A DNA stretch of 49,420 nt from Candidatus Moraniibacteriota bacterium (GTDB taxonomy: Bacteria > Patescibacteriota > Minisyncoccia > Moranbacterales > GCA-2747515). The position numbers and the translations under genes were made by a program. Shown here piece by piece: positions 46,735-49,420 of the stretch. The notes under the pieces were generated by a model, which saw only the letters and a list, made by a program, of their open reading frames with translations, was not told the DNA's origin and made no database searches. The DNA lies in NCBI GenBank assembly GCA_046116545.1, contig CP175956.1:1236912-1286331 (forward strand), given 5' to 3'. Positions within the stretch are counted from its first letter, which is position 1; every line of letters starts with the position of its first letter.

Positions 46735-49263
46735 CTACTGATAAAACCCACTAGCATCCGAAGTAGCAGTATAAGTTACAGACCCTGTATAAACTCCTGA
46801 AGGTTGTGATGGTGATACATCTACTTTGTAACACACATCAGTTGTTGTTGAAGTTGAATGATATGCTGTATGAGCTGCTATTGCTTGATCTGTTTGTGGT
46901 ACACCTGCGTAGTCAGCGTCATCTGATGTTATTCCTTCTTCGCAAAGGTTTCCTGAGATTGTCCATATTCCATCAAACGTATTATTTGTTGTATCTGCTT
47001 GTGGAAATTGTATTACTGAGAAACCTAAACCTTTTGTTGTTGGAGCGTTCCAAGATTCTGTTACTTTTGTTGTTTGATCAAATTGTGTTAGGTCTGGTAT
47101 TTCATCTGTATTATTTGAATGTACTAGGGTTGTATTTGAAGCTCCATTATCATTTATCATTGATAGGTAGTAACCTTGGGTATCATTTGTTGTTACTATA
47201 CAAGTTGATTGTCCTACTGCTGGAGTTCCTGCTATTACTATTCCTGGGTTTGCTACTGTTCCTAGTATTACATCATAATCTCCTGTTGATCCATCTTTAT
47301 CATAACAATCCATTGATAGGGTTGCATTTACTTCTACATTTAGGTTTAGGTCATCTATTCCTGATATTGTTCCATCTCCGTTTACAATATAAGTTGTTGC
47401 ATGGTTTGTTGTGAATGTACATATTCCGTTTGTTACTGTACATGTTGTATGGGTATTCCATGTTACTTCTCCTTCTAGTTGTGAAAGGACTTCTAGTTCC
47501 ATATCATTGTAAGCTTCGCTTACAGTTATTTCCATTGTTATATCATTTGAGAAGGTTAGGTTTTCATTTGGTATACCTAATCTTACTGCTCCTACTGCAT
47601 TTGGATGATCTCCTCTTTCTTCATTTAATGTATTTTGGGTTATGAAGTTTTCAAAGTTGAAGTTTCCATTTAATGCTTCTGTTATCACTGTATTATTTGG
47701 GAATATTGCATTTGTTGTATTTGATTGGAAGGTTACTTGTACTTGGGTTGTTGTTTGGGTTGTATTATCTATTGTTCCGTTGTCTACTGAGATGTAGTTA
47801 TTTGTTACCACATCTTGTATGTTAGCATTGTCTGGATCTTCTATTGTTATTTGAGTTACTGCTGTTGTTGTGAAGTTTGTTTCACTTCCATACGATGTTC
47901 CTTCTGAGTTTGTTGCTTTTGATCTTACATAGTATGTTGTGTTTCCTGTTAATCCTGTTATATCACAAGAGTAAATACCTGTTCCTCCTGTGCCTGCTGT
48001 ACACTCATTTGTATAAGTTCCACTTATTGTTCCCCATTCTATGAATCTTTCTGGATCTTCTCCTCCTGTGTTTGTTATGTTTCCATTACCCGTTGCTATT
48101 GTTTCTGTTATGTCTATTGTTGAGTTTGTTGTTGTGGTTGGGGTTGATATTGATGATACATAGTCTGCTATATCTATTATTAACATGTTATCTGAATCAT
48201 AACCAACAGCGTATGCATAATTTCCAACAACAATAATTTGTCTTGTATCATTTATTATATTAGTATCATTTGGATCCCAATTAGCTGCTAGTGTTGGATT
48301 TGCTGGATTGGAAATATCTACTATTACCATATTATCTGAAACTCTCCCAGCAATATATGCATAATCCCCAGCTACGGTAACAGACCAAGTTTCCTCTAGA
48401 ATATTAAGGTCATTTGGAATAAAATTTCCTGTTATTGTTGGGTTTGATGGATTGGAGACATCTATTATTGCCATATTATCTGAATATCTTCCCACAACAT
48501 ATGCATAATCTCCAAGCACCTTTACATCCCATGGACAATCCATAACATTAGTATTATTTGGAGCCCAATTAGCGGTTAGCGTTGGATTTGATGGATTGGA
48601 AATATCTAATACTACCATATTATCTGAGTCCCAACCTACAGCATATGCATAATTTCCAATTACATTTACTGACACTGATCCATTCATAATATTAAGATCA
48701 TTTGGATCCCAATTAGCTGCTAGTGTTGGATTTGCTGGATTGGAAATATCTACTATTACTATATTGTTAGAATACCTTCCTGCAATATATGCATAATTTC
48801 CTACAACATCTATATCCCATCCACCATTCATAATATTAAGATCATTTGGATCCCAATTAGCTGCTAGTGTTGGATTTGATGGATTGGAAATATCTACTAT
48901 TGCCATATTATTAGAATACCATCCCACAATATATGCATAATTTCCATTAATTGCTACAGATGCTGATCCATTCATAATATTAGTATCATTTGGATCCCAA
49001 TTAGCTGTTAGCGTTGGATTTGCTGGATTGGAAATATTTACTATTGCCATATTATTAGATATTCTTCCCGTAACATACGCATAATTTCCATCAACTGTCA
49101 CAGAAGAAGCTGCATTCATTGTATTAGCATCATTTGGATCCCAATTAGCTGCTAGTGTAGGGGCAGCAAATACTGACTGTGTCATTACAAAAAAAACAAA
49201 AAATCCAGATATCATAAAAATACCCAAACTTAGCTTCTCTTGTACGAGAAAATTCTTTATCAT
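46735..49263 (-). CDS. Secreted modular surface protein: signal peptide, 7 LVIVD repeats, FN3-like domain, shared C-terminal module
   Basis: Seven ~48-aa repeats (PTLAANWDPND...GNYAY....NM.IVDISNP); YYVRSKATN FN3-like motif; C-terminal ~370 aa shared with 14731-16593. Confidence 0.9.
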   Translation of the reverse strand: MIKNFLVQEKLSLGIFMISGFFVFFVMTQSVFAAPTLAANWDPNDANTMNAASSVTVDGNYAYVTGRISNNMAIVNISNPANPTLTANWDPNDTNIMNGSASVAINGNYAYIVGWYSNNMAIVDISNPSNPTLAANWDPNDLNIMNGGWDIDVVGNYAYIAGRYSNNIVIVDISNPANPTLAANWDPNDLNIMNGSVSVNVIGNYAYAVGWDSDNMVVLDISNPSNPTLTANWAPNNTNVMDCPWDVKVLGDYAYVVGRYSDNMAIIDVSNPSNPTITGNFIPNDLNILEETWSVTVAGDYAYIAGRVSDNMVIVDISNPANPTLAANWDPNDTNIINDTRQIIVVGNYAYAVGYDSDNMLIIDIADYVSSISTPTTTTNSTIDITETIATGNGNITNTGGEDPERFIEWGTISGTYTNECTAGTGGTGIYSCDITGLTGNTTYYVRSKATNSEGTSYGSETNFTTTAVTQITIEDPDNANIQDVVTNNYISVDNGTIDNTTQTTTQVQVTFQSNTTNAIFPNNTVITEALNGNFNFENFITQNTLNEERGDHPNAVGAVRLGIPNENLTFSNDITMEITVSEAYNDMELEVLSQLEGEVTWNTHTTCTVTNGICTFTTNHATTYIVNGDGTISGIDDLNLNVEVNATLSMDCYDKDGSTGDYDVILGTVANPGIVIAGTPAVGQSTCIVTTNDTQGYYLSMINDNGASNTTLVHSNNTDEIPDLTQFDQTTKVTESWNAPTTKGLGFSVIQFPQADTTNNTFDGIWTISGNLCEEGITSDDADYAGVPQTDQAIAAHTAYHSTSTTTDVCYKVDVSPSQPSGVYTGSVTYTATSDASGFYQ
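46999..47763. repeat. 765-bp exact direct repeat of 14995-15759
   Basis: Line-by-line comparison. Confidence 0.92.
48166..49161 (-). repeat. 7 x ~144-nt coding repeats (LVIVD, probable beta-propeller)
   Basis: Visible at both DNA and protein level. Confidence 0.85.
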
Positions 49264-49420
49264 ATTTTTATTTTAACTTTTTATTTTATGACTTTTATTA
49301 TATCACATGTAATCACATTTACAAAAAATAGCATTCTGTCAATCGGTTCAAATATCGCAAGATTTCCGGTTCAGGGTAATAGAAAAAAATACCCATTTAA
49401 AGAAATTTTTTAAGCTGCTC

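Overview
An AT-rich bacterial chromosome segment with mostly minus-strand genes. Gene content and style point to a Patescibacteria (CPR), Parcubacteria-like genome (inferred, not proven). The cues are a long bS21, DUF4012/DUF2339/DUF5656-like proteins, secreted proteins ending in VTYTAT, and core genes with weak or no Shine-Dalgarno (SD). Housekeeping genes: proS (partial), dnaB, recR, rplU, clpB, htrA, a PrsA-type foldase, DAHP synthase, a cold-shock protein, rpsL-rpsG-(inserted gene)-fusA, dispersed rmlB/C/D, mscS, prmC, a SulP transporter, ftsA-ftsZ, and lepB-hisS-hinT-rpsU-yqeY-ybeY-dgkA. No tRNA gene, rRNA operon, CRISPR array or transposase was found. Main candidates: (1) a standalone ~280-nt minus-strand non-coding unit (20941-21220) with its own promoter and terminator, carrying a structurally conserved copy of the 23S rRNA L1 stalk (H76-H78) and ending in an anti-SD sequence. 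(2) A small-ORF cassette (about 1005-1803) with two copies of an M(Q)RRFIL* minigene, each fused to a covarying hairpin. (3) Two modular surface-protein paralogs 32 kb apart that share a promoter, a 765-bp identical A3-biased module and a GPS-like motif; one is inactivated by an 18-nt inverted template-switch patch. (4) Extended SD sequences on rpsU, a histone H1-like gene and one other gene. All family assignments are from motif recognition, not database searches.
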